This document shows positions 61,501 to 64,000 of a stretch of DNA of 64,000 nucleotides, in pieces. The DNA lies in assembly GCA_965112735.1 (NCBI GenBank), contig OZ218954.1, positions 4,092,001 through 4,156,000 on the forward strand, written 5' to 3'. Each line of letters opens with the position of its first letter. Position 1 is the first letter of the stretch. The position numbers and the translations under genes are program-made. The notes beneath the pieces are model-generated. The model did no database searches. It was not told where the DNA came from and was given only the letters and a program-made list of their open reading frames with translations. Source of the stretch: Phaeosaccion multiseriatum. Taxonomy: Eukaryota; Protista; Ochrophyta, other classes.

Positions 61501-63613
61501 TCGTCATCTACGCTCTTTCCCTGCCTTGTCGCCAACTGCTGCTGCTGTAGCACCAACTGCTGCACATCAGGGGAAGCCCCTCCTCCCCTTTCTCCTCCTC
61601 CTCCCCTTTCTCCTCCTCCTCCCCCTCCTCCTCCTCCCCTCCTTTCCTCTGGACCAGCCCCTCCTCTCTCCCCTGCGGAGGGGGAGGATAATCCTGTCCC
61701 CCCAAAGGAACCCCCCCTGCCAAGGTCACTGGACACTCTTCCGACGGTGATGGAGCCTGAACCGCTGCGCCGTGTAAGGTCCCCACCTCCGCCTCTTCCT
61801 CCTCCTCCGCGCACCCCATCCGCCTCTGCTTCGCCCTCGGCCCGTTGGAACTGCATCACCAACTGCTGCTGCTGCTGTAATCGACGCTCGTTATTGAAAC
61901 TGTCTTGGTCCTACTCCAAACAAACATAAAAATCAACAAAAAACAAACAAAGTGACACATACATACACACCGACAAAAAAAGACCACGCAGACAAGAGAC
62001 AAGACAAAAGACCACAGTCAATGGGATGGTGGCCAATGGCAGGCACACAAGAACCCAAAGGTATGGTGTTAGAAGGGGCTGAAACGGGTGGGGCGGAGTG
62101 GGACACAGGCATCGGCAGCGCCCTCCTTCAAGACAACGTGTCACCGCCCTCTCTCTGGCTCCCTCCCCATCCGGTGCCATCCACCATCTGGTGCCATCAC
62201 CCATCCCCCATTCCCCAACCGCCGCTACCTGTATCCACTGCCCGCCTCCCCCCCATCATTCAGTCCCATTCCCCAGCCCCCCCCCCCCCCGCCATCCATT
62301 GCCATCCCCCTCCTCACCTGTATCCTCTGCACGAGGTTAGCGAAGTCCATGGTGCACGTCTGAAGTGTCTCCAGCGCCGCCTGACGGAGTTTCAGTTTCA
62401 GTTTCAGTTTCAGTGTAGTATTGTAGACCCCTCCCCAAATCCCCACGGACATCCTTCCCATCCCATCGCCTCTGTCGCCTGTAGATTTATGTACCTAGAC
62501 AACCCCCCCCCCCCCCATTCATCCATCCCTCCATCCATCCACTGCCATCCGCTATCTCCTGTCTACCTGGCAGTTGTCGGTACTGTGCTCGGCCTCGCAC
62601 AGAGAGTACAGCTCGTCCACAGCGCGGTTCACGTTCTTGAATAGATAGTCCCACAGCCTGACGTAGTATGTCAACAAACAATAAGTCAGCAGGCAGGAAT
62701 CGGTAAGCAGTAAGTCGACAGCAGTGAGGTTATTCAACACAGGAGCAAGGAGAAAAGTCGAGTGAAGTAGGGCAGAGGCAAACAAAAATGGCAAGTGCGT
62801 GCAGTACTTTCCCTCCTATGCCTTCCCGTCCCTTCCACCTATACGCCACCTCTTACCTTTTGCTGAAGTTGCTGGTAGCCCCTCCAGAGCGGTCGCTCCC
62901 GTGCTGGCTCGAGGCCTTGTCACACACAATACACGCCATATATGCCATACATACGCCACATTCCAAAATCCAAGGAGACCAACCGAGCGTAAGGGCCCGC
63001 TATTGTTTGAGCGAGTGACTGACCACAAAGGATATCACCTGTCCTCCCACATCCCACACCAATCCACTGCCACTCCCGCCCACAGAGCCTCTCTGCCCGT
63101 TACGTACCCTTCCCGCCCCCTTGTATCACCAACTCCCTCACCTTGCATGCTTCTCTCGTGGTCTTGAATGCCTCTCTGGTGGTCTGTGGTCCTCTCCTCT
63201 TGAGCGGACTCGTGCCCTTCTCCACCACTTGCCGAGCGAGGAGAACGCCGCCCCCGCTCCCCCCCAGCCCCCCCGCGGGACAGGTACCACCCGTCACTCT
63301 GCTGCCGCTGCTGCCGCCGCCTCCTTCCCTCCCTCCTCCTTCTCCTCCTCCTCCCCCTCCCCCTCCCCCGTCTCCTCCTCCCGGGCCCCCATACCCCGCC
63401 GCGCTGCTCGTCGTTGTACAATGACTACCCGTATGAGTCCCATAGCCTCCACCGTTCCGCATGGTGGTGGGCCGCGGTATGCCCACCATGCCACTGCCAG
63501 AGGTCCCCACCCCTGTGCTGATGTAGGACCCGTTCATGGGGGTGGGGGCACTGATGCCTCCTGCTGCCCCTCCTGCTCCTCCTCCTCCTCCTGGGCTGGG
63601 GTTAGGCACTCTC
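52476..63613 (-). CDS. SCAPER: SCAPER homologue (S-phase cyclin A-associated protein in the ER), 5' end probably at or beyond the window edge
   Basis: SCAPER_N-like [30 protein letters not shown]|[20 protein letters not shown]; GLSWDVRKS; [32 protein letters not shown]; [18 protein letters not shown]-terminal [34 protein letters not shown]|[22 protein letters not shown]...[14 protein letters not shown]. Heavily expanded by low-complexity G/E/Q/S tracts. Confidence 0.88.
53143..53357. repeat. (GACA)n microsatellite in a SCAPER intron
   Basis: Seen directly in the sequence. Confidence 0.9.
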
Positions 63614-64000
63614 CTACACGGTGGCGAGAAGGAGAGAGGGAGAAGGAGGGTTAAGAGGGAGAGAGAGGGAGAGAGGGCTAGCGATAGAGAGGCGCGGAGA
63701 GAGAGGGGGGGGGGGGGGGGACTGAGAGGACGAGCAACAGAGAGGGAGGGAGAGAGAGAGGGAGAGCGAGAGAGAGAGAGAGAGAGACTAGATAGGATCA
63801 AGGGAGGGGAGGAGACTTGAAGAGAGAGGGGAGAGTAGGGTGAAGTCACATCCTCCGACTAGAGAGGGGTCGCTCGAGTATACGGTGGATGGGCAAAGCA
63901 CCGTACTACCTACGAGGAGGCAGGGAAGGAGGGCACGAGGGAAGGCAACGAGTCGAGTGGGGTGGATCGAAGTAGGGATGGTGGGTACAGAGGGTAGGAG

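Noticed and set aside
1-64000. tRNA, rRNA or other structured RNA genes
   Set aside because: None recognised by eye; a tRNAscan-SE/Infernal run would be needed to exclude them.

Overview
This is eukaryotic, GC-rich, intron-rich genomic DNA with GT-AG introns and microsatellite- or polypyrimidine-filled introns. It is probably a stramenopile/ochrophyte-type alga, but that is inference only. The right half (36-64 kb) holds three ordinary multi-exon genes: a PPR protein (-), a kinesin-4/KIF4-like motor (+) and a SCAPER homologue (-, 5' end at or beyond the window edge). The left half (1-34.7 kb) is a duplicated, rearranged cluster of a secreted-protein family, with three apparently complete members and two decapitated stubs. 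The shared layout is: signal peptide, acidic propeptide, R-x-L site, Pro/Thr-rich region, Ser/Asp/Lys block, polybasic Lys/Gly tail. The centrepiece is a 17.5-kb gene (14634-32149, -). Its middle is about 74 near-identical exon+intron modules counted by eye: phase-0 exons of 48 or 90 nt encoding PTRAPTDAPTPAPT(TKPVWTAAPTPAPT)MK, separated by ~160-nt homogenised introns. The ORF track cannot see this gene. Also present: a segmental duplication (1-~4.4 kb vs 9158-~15.3 kb), a 2.1-kb TIR element in one copy, a 4x hairpin tandem repeat rich in TGACGTCA, a small MITE-like element, and a ~17-bp motif dispersed through coding exons in several frames. Coordinates and counts were read manually and may be off by a few bases or units.
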